Position numbers and translations under genes: made by a program. 64,000 bases of DNA from Octopus sinensis (Eukaryota), in assembly GCF_006345805.1 (NCBI RefSeq), contig NC_043010.1, forward strand, positions 44,020,001 to 44,084,000. The letters are read 5' to 3'. The first letter of the stretch is position 1; each line of letters begins with the position of its first letter. Of the stretch, positions 48,150-62,342 are shown in pieces. Under the pieces are notes generated by a model. That model saw only the letters and a list, made by a program, of their open reading frames with translations, ran no database searches and was not told where the DNA came from.

Positions 48150-50082
48150 TCAAAATCAAACCAAATCAAAATAGATGAACATCAATGGAATTTGTATCTT
48201 TGTGGTTCCAGTACCGGTGGCACACAAGAAAACCATCCGAACGTGGCCGTAGCCAGTACCGCATCGACTGGCCTCCGTGCTGTGGGCACAACACACACCA
48301 TCCGATCGTGGCCGTTCGCCAGCCCCATCTGGCACCTGTGTCGGTGGCACATAAGACACCATCCGAAGACCCGGCGACGTAGTCGTCCACCTGTGCATAC
48401 CTTCCCTCTTATGACACTTGTGAAGACCTGTTGAGGCAAGTGTGTGACACTTGTGAAGACCTGTGAGGCAGAGGCAAGTGTGTGACACTTGTGGAGACCT
48501 GTTGAGGCAAGTGTGTGACACTTGTGAAGACCTGTTGAGGCAAGTGAAAATCAAATCAATCCAAATCAAAATAGATGAACATCAATGGAATTTGTATCTT
48601 TGTGGTTCCAGTACCGGTGGCACACAAGAAAACCATCCGAACGTGGCCGTAGCCAGTACCGCATCGACTGGCCTCCGTGCTGTGGGCACAACAAACACCA
48701 TCTGATCGTGGCCGTTCGCCAGCCTCATCTGGCACCTGTGTCGGTGGCACATAAAAACACCATCCGAAGACCCGGCGACGTAGTCAGTCCACCTATGCAT
48801 ACCTTCCTACTTATGACACTTGTGAAGACCTGTTGAGGCAAGTGTGTGACACTTGTGTAGACCTGTTGAGGCAAGTGAAAATCAAATCAAATCAAATCAA
48901 ATCAAACCAAATCAAAATAGATGAACATCAATGGAATTTGTATCTTTGTGGTACCAGTACCGTTGGCACACAAGAAAACCATCCGAACGTGGCCGTAGCC
49001 AGTACCGCATCGACTGGCCTCTGTGACGTGGGCACATAACAACACCATCCGATCGTGGCCGTTCGCCAGCCTCATCTGGCACCTGTGTCGGTGGCACATA
49101 AAAACACCAACTGAAGACCCGGCAAGACTAGTCAGGCCATAACCCGGGCCCCTACTTGGGACGTAGTCAGTCCCCTGTGCATACCTTCCTTCCTTCCTGT
49201 GACACTTGTGAAGACCTGTGAAGACCTGTTGAGGCAAGTGAAAATCAAATCAAATCAAATCAAAATGGATGAACATCAATGGAATTTGTATCTTTGTGGT
49301 ACCAGTGCCGGTGGTACACAAGAAAACCATCCGAACGTGGCCGTAGCAGTACCGCATCGACTGGCCTCCGTGCTGTGGGCACGTAACAAACACCATCCGA
49401 TCGTGCCGTTCGCCAGCCTCATCTGGCACCTGTGTCGGTGGCACATAAAAACACCATCCGAAGACCCGGCAAGACTAGTCAGGCCATAACCCGTGGCCCC
49501 TACCTGGGACGTAGTCAGTCCACCTGTGCATACCTTCCTTCTTGTGACACTTGTGAAGACCTGTTGAGGCAAGTGAAAATCAAATCAAAACAAATCAAAA
49601 TAGATGAACATCAATGGAATTTGTATCTTTGTGGTACTAGTGCCGGTGGCACACAAGAAAATCATCCGAACGTGGCCGTAGCCAGTACCGCATAGACTGG
49701 CCTCCGTGCTTTGGGGACGTAACAAACACCATCCGATCGTGGCCGTCCGCCAGCCTCATCTGGCACCTGTCGGTGGCACATAAAAACACCATCCGAGCGT
49801 GGCCGTCTGCCAGCCTCGTCTGGCACCTGTGTCGGTGGCACATAAAAACACCATCCGAGCGTGGCCGTTCGCCAGCCTCGTCTGGCACCTGTGTCGGTGG
49901 CACATAAAATCACCCACTACACTCTCGGAGTGGTTGGCGTTAGGAAGGGCATCCAGCTGTAGAAACACTGCCAGATCTGACTGGCCTGGTGCAGCCTTCG
50001 GGCTCCCCAGACCCCAGTTGAACCGTCCAACCCATGCTAGCATGGAAAACGGACGCTAAATGATGATGATGATGATGATGAT
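48150..50082 (+). repeat. Hierarchical tandem array (5 units of 335-400 bp) ending in a SINE tail and (GAT)n
   Basis: Units start AT(A/G)GATGAACATCAATGG at 48171, 48571, 48917, 49265, 49600, separated by (CAAAT)n. Nested ~33-bp and ~59-bp subrepeats vary in copy number. SINE tail at 49905-50082. Confidence 0.92.
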
Positions 50083-50462
50083 GTTCTGTTTGATCGGGGC
50101 TGTCTTGGAACTAAGCAGCAGTATTTTGTTCCGTAAACTACTGCTCTTTGAAACTCATATTTTTTCAGGTATTACATGGATCCCTAAAATGACATTTTAT
50201 GGCAATCAAAACAATATCACACATCTTCACCCTTTCAATCCAAAACATGGTCCCCACACTGTACAAACTATTCCTTTTTTTTCTTTCAGATAGGGATTGT
50301 AAAAAAAATTTAAAAATTGCTTGAGGGGAATCAAATAGTAATTTCAGTATTGTAAGTTACTATTTGTAATAAATTATTGCTTGGGTATTTACCTCCCACC
50401 TACTTGTAATCATTTTTTTACTATACACCACTCTGTGTTCATTCATAAAAATCTTGTATACT

Positions 50463-50845
50463 TCTTTAGTTATTCTTTTATTTGTTTCAGTCATTTGCCT
50501 GTGGCCTTGCTGGAGCACTGCCTTTAGTCGAACAGATCGATACCAGGACTTATTCTTTGTAAACCTAGTACTTATTCTATCGGCCTCTTTTGCTAAACCG
50601 CTAAGTTACAGCAACATTGGCTGTCAAGCGATGGTTGGGAGAAAAACACAGACACACAAACATACACGCATATATACATATATGTATGACAGGCTTCTTT
50701 CAGTTTACGTCTACCAAATCCACTAACAAGGCTTTGGCTGGCCTGAAGCTATAGTAGAAGACACTTGCCCAAGGTGCCATGCAGTGGGACTGAACCTGGA
50801 GCCATGTGGTTGGTAAGCAAGCTACTTACCACACAGCCACTCCTG
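50463..50845 (-). mobile_element. Full-length tRNA-derived SINE (family of 24686-25072)
   Basis: Reverse-complement match to the head, core and tail of the 24686 copy. Confidence 0.85.
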
Positions 50846-53800
50846 TTTAAGATCTACAGGAACACCTAAACAATGTTTTGCTGAGGAGATTTAATAAGAC
50901 TAAAACATGTCTGGAGTTGGGTTAGGGTTAGATCAGACTCACACTTTATTACATTTCATATTTTAATTTAATTATAATTTGGTGGTCGTTTCTTTCCTTA
51001 AGAATTATCCATCTAAATAATGGTTACTCTCATCCTTAAAGTTGGTGTAATCTTAATTAAAATTTCTTGGCTTACTACATCAAATTTGCTAGTACCCACA
51101 TTCATTTGACTTATTGTTCCAGCAATCAAAAACAAAACCAAAACTTTTGTAGTCTAAATTGTGGGACTGGTTTTTATCTCTCTTCTAATATGTAGGCACT
51201 TATAGACATATATACTCTCATCTGTCTGTATTTTACTATCTTGCTCTCTCTCTCTATTTCTCCTTCTCTTATCTCTTGTTCTTTCAGGATCTTACTACTA
51301 TCCCTTAATCTCTCCTACTCACTCTTTTTCCACACCCAACAACATTGTAATCACTTATATCTGTATTTAATAGCTTGGCTTTCTCTTATAGTAGCCACTT
51401 ACTTAATGCTACCACATTAAAATATCTTCACTGTTGATACAGCCAATCTTCTCCCTTTCATTTGATCCCACCCTTGTATTCATTTACATATGCATATGTC
51501 AAGTTGACTTGCCTGGAGAATACTTCCTGTCTCTTTCACTGACTCTTTCTCCCTCTTGTGTGTGTGTGCATGTAACACCTGATATTTAATTAGGTGTAGA
51601 GAAGAAAACAAAATCAAACACAAAACCACTCAACCTGAGTTTGCATGGTTTTGTCAGTAAATTCACTGCAAAATGACCAAAAAGGACAAATCTGATTGTC
51701 TACTAAGATTTCAGGTCAGTTTTACCTCACTTTTCAAAATTGAATATGTGCTCGTGTGTATGATTGCTTTCTATTTTTTTCCTTTCTTCCTTTACATATC
51801 ATTTTTTCTACTAACACATTCTGGTTTCAGATTATTTGTTCAATTTTTAAACGTTTCCATTATTCAGAATTTATTACTTGTTATGTCCCAGGCATGGCTA
51901 TGTGGTAAGAAGTTTGCTTCCCAATCACATGGTTTCAGGTTCAGTCCCACTGTGTGACACTTTGGGCAAGTGTCTTATAATTCTAGCTCTGGGCTGACCA
52001 AAGTTTTCTAATTGCATTTGGTAGATGAAAACTGAAATAAGCTTGTCATGTTTGTGTGTATGTGAGTGTTACTCTTACTGTTTCCTTGCTTTGACATCAT
52101 AGTTGTAAACAAGTATTACCACAATTTGGGTATCCATAACTTAGTGGAAATTCCTAAAAACAAGATCCTGTGTAAGACAGTTCAGTATTCTCTGTAAATG
52201 TGCAAAAACTGTTTTAGGGGCTACATACTTTGTATTGTTGTTATTGGATTAGCAAAACAATTTTGAGAACGGAACCATGGGACAAGCCCCGCTTCCCTGG
52301 GAATTACTGGGTATGTCAGCTAGTATATACATATGCATATATGGTACAGAACATCACCAACAATAAACAACATGAAATATGAAAACAAATGAGTTCAATA
52401 CACAAACAACGAGAGAAACAACTGGAAAACAGGACAAGTAACACAAAGAACGATCCTTCATCAGTTGTTGGCTGTCTATCTACTCATTTCAAGCATTGAA
52501 TGGGAATATGAGTCTTTGAAGACAGTTGCCCCATAAGTACCAAAATAAAATTTGGGGTTTATGGAGGGTCAAAGTTGGGAACAAAAACAGGATAGTGGAG
52601 ACATACAAGGAAACTGAATGAAAACAAACATAGAGGGTCATTAGACCAGAATGAGGGTAAAATAGCAAATGCTGGAGAAATATTTTCTTTGACAAGAGAA
52701 AAGATAGAAGAGAGAGATAGGGTACATTTAATCCTAAGGACAGTTTTGAAAGAAAAGAAAGATGATTACATGAGGAAAAGAAAGATGGACAGTGTTCTTG
52801 CTTCCTTTTTATAAATATTTTGAAATATGGCAGTAGAGTGGTAAAAACAAAGTGAATCTGAACATATCGAGGTTAGATCTTGCTAGGATTGATTTTTACT
52901 AAGGCACACATCATTTACTTGGATAAATTCAATCAATATATTTGTAGTGTAATATTAGGATTGTTAAATAATTATCGATGAATAACAACATTTGGTGGAC
53001 TGTGTTATGTGCATAATGGTCACTGTACTAATATTGGTATTAGTTCTCAAAAAGTTTTATTAACCTGAAACATTTGTATTTACATGTATTCAACAGTTGA
53101 ATAAATAGAACAGCATTCAAGAGATATCGAATAAAATAAGCACAAATTTTCATTGTAAAATATGCTAAATATTGATACAAAGACTATACAAAATTATTTC
53201 TTTCTACTATAGGCACAAGGCCTGAAATTTTGGGGGAGGGGCTAGTCAATTACATCAACTCCAGTGTTTGACTGATACTTATTTTATCGATCCCAAAAGG
53301 ATGAAAGACAAAGTCGACCTCAGCAGAATTTGAATGCAGGATGTGAAAATGGACAAAATGCTGCCTTAAGACTATATATAATTACTGAGAACAAATTTTG
53401 GCATAGAATTCATAGGTTCAATACTTTTTAAGAAGCATTCAGTTTCCGTCTAACGAATCAACTCAGTGGTTGGAAAGCAGACTTCTTACTACACAGCCAT
53501 GCCTGCACCTGTTGTCAAAAAGAAAATATTCCGTTAAAAAGGACTAGAGTTTGAGCTTGTTTTCTAAATGAGATTACTGGGACTAAGTGAATAAAGTTTC
53601 TTGCTTAAGGATTGCAAAATAAGAAGTAAATAGATAAATTAGATAAAAGTTAATTAAAGCTTGAAAATCATTACTAATACTCAATTCTTCTAGCTTGTTT
53701 ACAATGAGTTTTGAAGTAGTCTGGTGCCTGTAAAAACTGGCTAATGTCAGAAACTCTTCATGTATTGTTGTTAATCTCTTGATTCAACCTTGCCTGACAT

Positions 53801-55069
53801 CACTTGTGCTTTCATGAGAGAAAAATAAATACTGTTTTACATTGAAATTTCCCATCATGATTTTATATAGATTCTATTTGATAAATTTTGTTCTAAACAT
53901 GAACTTAGATAATAAAAACATAAGGTGTTTTACTAAATCCATTTTATATTGTAATTTATGAATAATAGTGTCGCTGGTTACAGATTTCAAAAGGGCCAAC
54001 CACAAATTCACAGCATTTTTGATCCAGAACAAATTTTTCGAGGGATTTCATTCATAAAAACATCAGTTTTTCATTTTCCTTGCTGATGTTTATATCCTTC
54101 ATCAATATATACTGGTGAAAGATACATATACACAGTTGCAGTTTGGCAATTCTACTCACAAGTCGTTGGAAAAATTAAGACTGTAATTAAATACAGTGCC
54201 ATACAATCAGATTGTATACTGAACCATGATTGGGAAGAAACATCTGTAACCATCCAACTGTGCCAGAGTTTAAACTTACAGTGTGGGTCTAGTAGAGATC
54301 AATTAACCAGAAATCTGTAACATAAGTCATCAGTGTTGTAATGTTCATTTTTTTTTTTTTTTTATATTTCATTAGTTATTTTCATTCCAAGCTAGTCATT
54401 GACACACTTGGTTATTCTAATCTATCTTCAGTCTAGAATTACCTAGACAGGTAGGTATGAGAACACTGTCCTGATAAATAGAAGAAAATGTTAAAGCAAA
54501 CTGAGTGGTATCATAATCATTGAACCATATAGGTATCATGTAACACTATTTGGTAAAAGGTTTCTGGAGCAAATCAATTTGATAGAACCAGTCCTCCTAG
54601 CTAAACCTAGAGGTGGAGTTGAATTCAACATCAAAAGCTAATGAATCACTCATGTTATGTAGTGATGCTGCTGCTTACAGCTTTAAATTGTTCATATAAT
54701 GCAGTACGTATTTATAACTAGACAAACTGGGTTACTTCTGAGTTATACCTTTTAGTCACAACACCATGCTGATGACAGTAAACAAACCACTTACCTTTTA
54801 ACTGGTTATCTGTTATCCTATTAGCTTGGCCATTCAAGTTCTCAAAATGGGTTAGGTGAGTTAGTAAATTTTGGCATAGAGTTCATTGATTAAATATTTT
54901 TAAAGAAGCATTCTGTTTCAAGGTGGAGAACTAAAAAAAGAAGAAGAAAACACTTTCAGTCCTGTACAAACAAAATCATTTGCTAAGGTCTCTACATGAC
55001 CAAATCTCAAACAACAACATCCGAGAACAATGCCAGCAACAGCTGACCATTAAAGACCAAATCCGGCAG

Positions 55070-55350
55070 TGCAGGCTAAAGTGGTTTGGCTACATTTACA
55101 GGATGCGTATCAGAAGACCACCACACCAACTTTTGTGATGGCAGTGACCCATGTACTGGAGATTCCAGCACAGCACACCAAAAAAGACACGAGTGAAACA
55201 AATTGAGGAAGACCTGAAGTTGCAGCGCCTCAACCTTAAGCATGTTAAGGCCAGTGCCATGGATCAGAAAGCATGGAATAATATCATCACCAGAGTCCAT
55301 CATCCAGTGGTACCCACAGCAGTATATTGGTTAAGAGGACAGCATCCCCA
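55070..55350 (+). mobile_element. RTE-like LINE 3' end
   Basis: KWFGYIYRM..PKKTRVKQIEEDLK..ASAMDQKAWNNII; inverted relative at ~3290-3430. Confidence 0.6.
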
Positions 55351-57033
55351 TCCAGTTGCCAGCTAGAGATTTTACTTACTTATTAATACAGTGTAAACTT
55401 AGATCTTCTGTCAATTTTTGTCTTATTGCTATGACAACAACCTTTTATCTTATTGCTATGAGAACAGCTTTTGCTCATCTAAATTCTCTTTCAGAAGTTT
55501 TTTCTGAGATAGTGCATTACAGCATGTGCTGTTCAATGCTTGCACATTTTTACATACTTTAGAATACCAGTGCATTTTTTTCTTAAATCACAAACCTGAT
55601 CTTAGTTTTTTTTTCTATCCATTTGGTGCATGGGCATTGTTTACATTCTTTTACAAACTAATAAAAGCAATACGGATATGCTCAACATTCCCACTCAGTT
55701 ATATGATCTTAAAAAATATTTGACCCAATATCAACTAAAGAGTTAAAATATTTCTGTACAGTATTGTAATACATTTTACTTTACTATTATCACCACTAAC
55801 ATCTGAGAGACATTGTAATACTATGGCGCAATATATTTCAATTTCATATTATTAGTTTCATTTTCTCTAAAGCCCTTTGCTTATCTAGCATATTACCAAA
55901 ATGAATATCATGCAAAACAGGTGGCTGTGTAGTATGCTACAACATACCAACCCAAAGCATAACATTAGCAGCAGCTATACACACACACATATATATATAT
56001 ATATCTTTATCATTTAACGTCCGTGTTCCATGCTAGCATGGGTGGAACAGTACCACAAGAGCTACCCAAGGCTGAAGTCTGCATGAGACTTCTGACTGTT
56101 TTGGCAGGATTTTTACAGCTGGATGCCCTTCTTAACATCAACCACTCAGCAGAGTGGACTTAGTGCTTTTTATGTGGCACAAGCACAAGCGAGGTCAGTT
56201 TTGGCAAGGTTTTTACAGCTGGATGCACTTCCGAACACCAACCACTTTACAGTGTGGACTGGGTACTTTTAAGTGGCACCTGCACTGACGGGGTCACCAA
56301 GTACTTGCAAGACATAAAAAATCTTTTGAGAGGGGGCAGGCATTGGAGGAGGTGATGATGAAAAAGTTATAGTGAGACAGATATAGGTGTCTTGCTGAAG
56401 AGGAAGTACAAGGTTGCCCGGCCAGAGAGAGAAAGATAAGGAATGAAGACAGACACAAGTGTGCTACCACAAAGAAAATACACGGTTGCCCAGCCTGAGG
56501 GAAGTGCTGGTGAAGGAGAGAGAGAGAGTGGGAGACTACAGGATGGAGATGGTGGCAAAATGCTGGGGTCGATTCATTCAACTATAAATTCTTCATAGTG
56601 GTGCCCCAGCATGGCCACAGTCAAATGACTGAAACAAGTAAAAGATAAAAGACTAAAAGGCAAACATTGTTAAAAATATATTGTACTTCCTGGTTTCAGT
56701 AGTTTGAGATACCAATATGAGCCTTCAACCAATCAATCAAGCAAACACATATCAAGATAAGTTTTTGGTATTTCAACATGTAAGGTCAAGGAGAAATGAT
56801 TGTACACAAGACAAAACAAGTAATTTATCTTAGCCAAATAGTTAATGCTGTTTCTGTTGGAGGATTAAAATTTATGGGCTCTGAATCCACATTGTAATCT
56901 CAGTTATTATAATTATTTTGTTTTTTATGTTTCCTCGTTACCATCAAATGTCTAATTAATTATGTAGGATTTATGCTTTGAAATTCTGAATGATGTTTCT
57001 CAATATTTCCACCAATATCTGTGCAACCATCCC

Positions 57034-57087
<54 letters not shown>

Positions 57088-57424
57088 TCACACTCTTAGT
57101 TTGCCTCTTTCAACCTCTATACTCTATCTACTAAGGCCCTTGCTACTGACCACGTTTGTCGTACAATTATTGAAGCTGAACATCCTCATATGGACCAAGT
57201 CTCTCATCTGAAGATAATTTCCTTACACTTGTTTTGGAGGCCCTCAGAAAGGTGCTGCCCTTCCTCTTCCAACTAAGCCTTAAAATGTTCAGTCTCATAA
57301 GTCTGAAAGAGACTTCAACAGTTTTGGGCACAGCCTCTCTTCCTACATCTTATAAAATAAAATGTGCCTGCCTATATCTCATTTCTTTCTCTTTTTTTTT
57401 CTGTCAATTTCTATGTTTGTTTAA

Positions 57425-57785
57425 CTCTTTAGCATTTAAACCAGTCATCATCATCATCATCATCATCGTTTAACGTCCGTTCTCCATGCTAGCATGGGTT
57501 GGACGGTTCGACCGGGGATCTGGGAAGCCAGAAGGCTGCACCAGGCTCCAGTCTTATCTTGCAATGTTTCTACAGCTGGATGCCCTTCTCATATCTGGCC
57601 CAAATATTTTACCTGATTTATGTTCAAGCCAGCTAGACCTGGCCTATCACACTTGCTCTACAATGTTATTCTAAAAACAATCACACCATTGAAATCTCAA
57701 AGCTATGAGATAATGCATGATTAATTCAAAAACAATGTGAATGAATAAGCATTACATCTGACAGAGTAATCTGAATACTAAAGAA
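57425..57785 (+). mobile_element. piggyBac-type MITE interrupted by a SINE fragment
   Basis: TTAA|CTCTTTAGCATT ... AATACTAAAGAA|TTAA; SINE piece at 57445-57588. Confidence 0.75.
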
Positions 57786-57878
57786 TTAAATTGTCTGTGT
57801 TTTGTTTTTTGGTCTAATTTTTTTGCCTCTTTTTCCCAATCTTCTTCTTCTCATCCATTTATTGGTTTCTTATTTCAG

Positions 57879-58001
57879 TTTGAAAAGCCTCCATCAAAGA
57901 TTCCTTACAAGGCAATAGCTTTGGCTACTGCCTTATTTGCTGTTGGTACCCTTCTCATCTCTATCGGTGCTTTGCTGTTAACAGGCCACATTAGCAGTGA
58001 G
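57879..58001 (+). CDS. TMEM230: TMEM230 second coding exon (TM1); final exon presumably beyond the window
   Basis: tttcag|[41 protein letters not shown]|gtaaac; 123 nt, phase 0-0; [13 protein letters not shown] is characteristic; preceded by a 17.8-kb intron. Confidence 0.95.
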
Positions 58002-58040
58002 GTAAACTAAGTTTTATTGTATTTTGGTTTATTTTCTTAA

Positions 58041-58257
58041 TGCTTTAGCATTTAAACCACCCACATCCAACCCTCTAATATTCTACTTGTTTTTTGACCA
58101 AACTGACCAAATACAGTCTCTTACACCTGCCCTACAATGTTATACTAAAAGTAAACAATAACGTTATTGAAATCTCAAAGCTACAAGATAATACATGATT
58201 AATTCGAAACAATGTGAATAAATAAGCATTTGACAAACTAATCTGCTTGCTAAAGGG
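58041..58257 (+). mobile_element. piggyBac-type MITE (second direct copy)
   Basis: TTAA|TGCTTTAGCATT ... TGCTAAAGGG|TTAA; shares ATTGAAATCTCAAAGCTA and AACAATGTGAAT with the 57425 copy. Confidence 0.75.
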
Positions 58258-58639
58258 TTAAAAGAGATGGCAGTTTTGATCCAAGTCTCCATCTCTTTCA
58301 AATGAACAAAGACTCATGTTTTTGTAACTTTGTAAAAGAAATTAAAATTTTAAAAAAAGAAAAATTATATTTCAGACTTTCAATTTGATTTTGAGTTTCA
58401 ATTTCAGATTTTGGTTTTTATGAAAATATTCGTTTAAAATTTCAAAATAAAATTAAAAAAATTTAAGAAATCGTTTATTTTAAATCGCAGTTCAGAACAT
58501 GTCTCTGTCTATAATGCCAAAACTAATTTGTGTGTCAGTGTGTCACACAATTTGGCTCCTTCCTCCCTATTCTCTCACTATTCAGTTACACTTCTATTCC
58601 TCTTGGTGGGGTGAGAGTAATAGTAGGCATAGAAAAGGT

Positions 58640-58895
58640 GAGGGCTGTAGTAGATTGACAGTTGAGATGGTAATGGGGTGATAGTAAAAGTATGAGCTGT
58701 AGTTGTGATAGAGGCAGAAGCAATGGTGATGATGGTGGTGGTGTGGTAGCTAAGGTGGTCAAGCATGATAGTAAGGGATGTGAAAGACAGTGGTGATGGT
58801 GGTGGAGAAGAAGACAACCAGTCTGAATGGTGTGTTGTAGTGGCGATGGTGGTGGTACTGGTGATGGTGGTGGTACTGGTGATGGTGATGGTTGA
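58640..58895. repeat. Degenerate (GGT/GAT)n low-complexity tract
   Basis: Trinucleotide-biased run that produces spurious Thr- and His-rich ORFs. Confidence 0.8.
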
Positions 58896-60573
58896 AAACA
58901 ATCAACAGAAAGAAAGAGAGGAAGAGAAAGAAAGAGGTTAGACAGAAAAATAATTGTACTGACCCTCCACTGGGAAGACGAAAAATATTGTTTATCATGA
59001 AGCTTTTTGACGAAAATTGTTCATTGCTTGAAAAATATTGGTCAAGTTTAATAAAATTTAATATCTATTCAATGCAGGAAGTGTCATTATTGGGCTCAAG
59101 GCCCAATGAAGAGCCCTCTACAGGAGCTTGCTTATAAGCTGGTCCCTAATAATGCCACTTCCCTGACTTAATCTAGTGAACATATAAAAGAGTCTCTATA
59201 TGGCTGCTTGATACTTGCTAGAAATAGCAGCCAAGTCTCTCAAATAACAATCTACTGTTAAAAAAAAGGAATTTGATGAACTTTGGAAAAAAAAAACAAT
59301 CCTAGATTGCTATAACTACTGTCTTTGATCACAGGTGTGCTTGATCAAGATTTATGTGGGATTAAACAATACCAACAATGATTTAGTAAACAAAATATCT
59401 AATGTAAACCATTAAAATAAATACTACTTTATTTACTAACTATGCAGTTCAATGTTCTCTATTTCTTTGTCACACTGTACCAACCACTCCATCAAGTCCT
59501 CCTTCTCTAGAGCATTAAGCCCTCTGGACTTCCCTTCCTACCCTTACATTTCTTGCCACAATCAGCTTGAAATTATTCAAAAGGGATATTAACCATGTTA
59601 GTCATACTAGTCTCAGAGGACTAGTATGAAGGCCATGGTCCCAGTCTCTTCTTTCATGCTAGTAAAAATAAGTTTTAATTTGATACTGTCCTGCCTAGCC
59701 GCACCCATGTTGTTGTTATTGTTTAACCTCATCATCCAAGCTTTTACTCAGATAATGTAGCTGGAGTTACATTATCTAATATGTCGTTCCTTTTTTAAGA
59801 TGATAGGATGTGATTTTATAGAGATTTGGCTGCTGTTGCTAGCCGTTCAAGCAATTATGTAGAAATACTTTGTTTTTATCAGCTCTGTCTTATGTGTTTA
59901 TATTAGCAAGAAGGATAACAGATCACTTTTAACCTTTGCAACCACTCAGACAGAATAAAGTGGTCAGCATTTAGGACAGACAGTTTGATATTAAAACACC
60001 TGCTCCGAGAATAAAAATCAATGTAACCAACACAGAGAGTATAATACAGCCAAATAAAAGAAAGAAACAAGGCTATTTAATTTTCTTTGAAGTTGGTCTG
60101 TAAAATAAATTTGATATAAAGTTAGAAATGCTCAAGGAATATATTTCTGTCATTATTGTTTTGACAGCCCTTTTTTTTATGCAGGCATAGATTAAATCAT
60201 CTTTTGTGTGAGGTCTAACATCTTGAGATCTGATTGTACTACTGGTTTCTAGGTCTTCCTCTTAAACATTTATCCTTCAGCAATGGCACAACACTCATTT
60301 CTCACTTTATACATCTACCTTTCATTTAGATCACAAAAAAACTTTGTTGTCAACAGAAGAAACTGATCCCTAAACCACTTCTACATTTTCTTTATTTTGA
60401 CAGCTATGCTTTTGTTATAAATCCAGCAGTAATTAGATTACCTGACTAATAGGAACTATCAAGTATGATCAGTGAACTTCCTGGGCAGTTAACATCATTT
60501 CATGATTACTTCTACAACTAATTGCTTTTGTGCTTCTATTACATCTAAAGTTTTAATTCTCTTTATTTTGTTA

Positions 60574-60820
60574 CATCATCATCATCAAGATCTCTTAACT
60601 GATGCAGCCAGTTGTTGACACTTTCATAGTCTGCCATTGCCACTGGTCTCTGTTCTCTGACATGTGTAACAGGTCCTCTGTGTTGTGTCTTGTCCAGTCC
60701 TTGATGTTGTCAAACCAGGATTTTCTCTGTTTGCCTTTCTTTTGTCCGCCCTCAGCTGTGCCCTGAAGAATAGCAGGAATCTGTGGCATTATATTTTGCC
60801 ACACAATACAGAATAAAAAA
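60574..60820 (-). mobile_element. RTE LINE 3' end with (GAT)n tail
   Basis: ILQGTAEGGQKKGKQRKSWFDNIKDWT..ENRDQW followed by TAAGAGATCTT(GAT)n. Confidence 0.7.
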
Positions 60821-62069
60821 ACCATATTAACTGCATTATGCAGATTCCACTAACCCATTTGGTCATAAGAGAACTATGTATCTTATCTAGGTACCCATCT
60901 ACCACACACACACTTCAGATGAACAAATGCAAAACGGAACTATGTTATATGTAAATGTAAACATATAAACATTGAATAGATAGAACATAAAGAGAAAATA
61001 TTTTATTTCATTGCTTGTCTCATTTTATTTTGTTGCTTGTCTCATATTGGTACTTCATTGTAAGGTCACTCTAGGTTCTGTCTCTCCATAAACATTATGA
61101 TTAGGTTACTCTGTTTTCTTTTTTACTAGTTTCTAAAGCAGTAAAACCTGAATAACTACTTTTATCAAACTAATTATCTTGACTTTCTTTCTCTATTTAT
61201 AAGAAAATAATTTCTCTTGTCTTTAAATAAACTTACAATTGTTGTATATTTTGTTTCACTGGCTTCTGTTTACTTTAGCTATTAGTCTGAAAATGATACC
61301 CAACATTGGTTTGATGCCAGTATAGAGAGAGAGAAATTAGATGTTAATATAGTTGTTGGTAGTGATGATACTTATCATTAAGTTATTTAAAAGATATTAA
61401 TAGGGATTTGACAGCAATAATGGTGATGATGTTGATAATAGCCGTGATTGGAGATGAGAAAATTGATTCTGTTTCTGAAGTGTCAATTAATTACAAGGAG
61501 GTGGGTGAGATTTGTAGGTTTTTGCATATATGTATGAGTGCATCATCATCATCATTTAATGTCTGTTTCCCATGCGGGCATGGGTTGGGTGGTTTGACAG
61601 GAGCTAGTCAACAAGAGAGCTACCCAGGTTCCAATTTGTCTGTTTTGGCATGGGTGCTTTTACATGGTGCCTATACAAGTGCCCTTTATGTAGCACTGGT
61701 ATGAGTGCTTTTTTAAATGGTGCCTGGCACAAGTGCTTTTAATGTGGAGCCAGCACAAGTGCTCTCTATGTGGCACTGGCACAAAATTAATAAGTTACCA
61801 AGTTGATATATTATGAGACTGAACAGTGATGAGTCAACAGTCTGTATCACATCCTCACAACTTCAGAGGAAATAGGTACAAAGAATAGTCACAGCCAGTT
61901 GTTGTGAAGAGCACTGTATAATTAATGAATGCTTCATTAGTTTATAGGTTTGAATACTCCTGTTAATCTTGAATAGGCATCAGCAAACCCTTATAATGTA
62001 ATAAAATCCTGAAATCCATAGGACCAAAGGCAATTTAATTTCTTCCTCAATATATCCATTTGTCTAAAG

Positions 62070-62342
62070 CAGTAGTTCCCAAACTTTTTTCTGGCTGCCA
62101 CCCACTTGGCACCCAGATCACCCCTCCCCCTCCCCACCACAAATATAGACCACTTTCTGCAGCAAATTCAAAACAACTGTATTTCACAAATAAAACTTAA
62201 ACCTAATTAATCTATTAATTTTTTTTTTTACATCTATCACCTCATTTTGGCCACCCCATTATCATCCCACTTTTCTTCAACATCCCACTGGATCCTTCCA
62301 CCACCCCCAAGGGGGCAGTACTGCTCATTTTGGAAACCACTA
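62070..62342. mobile_element. hAT (Charlie-like) MITE, 273 bp
   Basis: TIRs CAGTAGTTCCCAAA / TTTGGAAACCACTA; perfect 8-bp TSD GTCTAAAG (62062-62069 / 62343-62350). Confidence 0.85.

Noticed and set aside
48411-48546. Regular ~33-bp repeats resembling a CRISPR array
   Set aside because: No unique spacers, eukaryotic intron, no cas genes; it is a tandem subrepeat.
49455-49525. Possible HDV-like or twister ribozyme in the array unit
   Set aside because: No P1' partner for an HDV fold, and the twister consensus is not matched.
48156-50059. Many overlapping ORFs in the tandem array
   Set aside because: Products of GC-rich repeats on both strands, with no recognisable domain.
52450-52500. CTGATGA and GAAA words on the minus strand (hammerhead-like)
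   Set aside because: Stems I and III cannot be formed convincingly.
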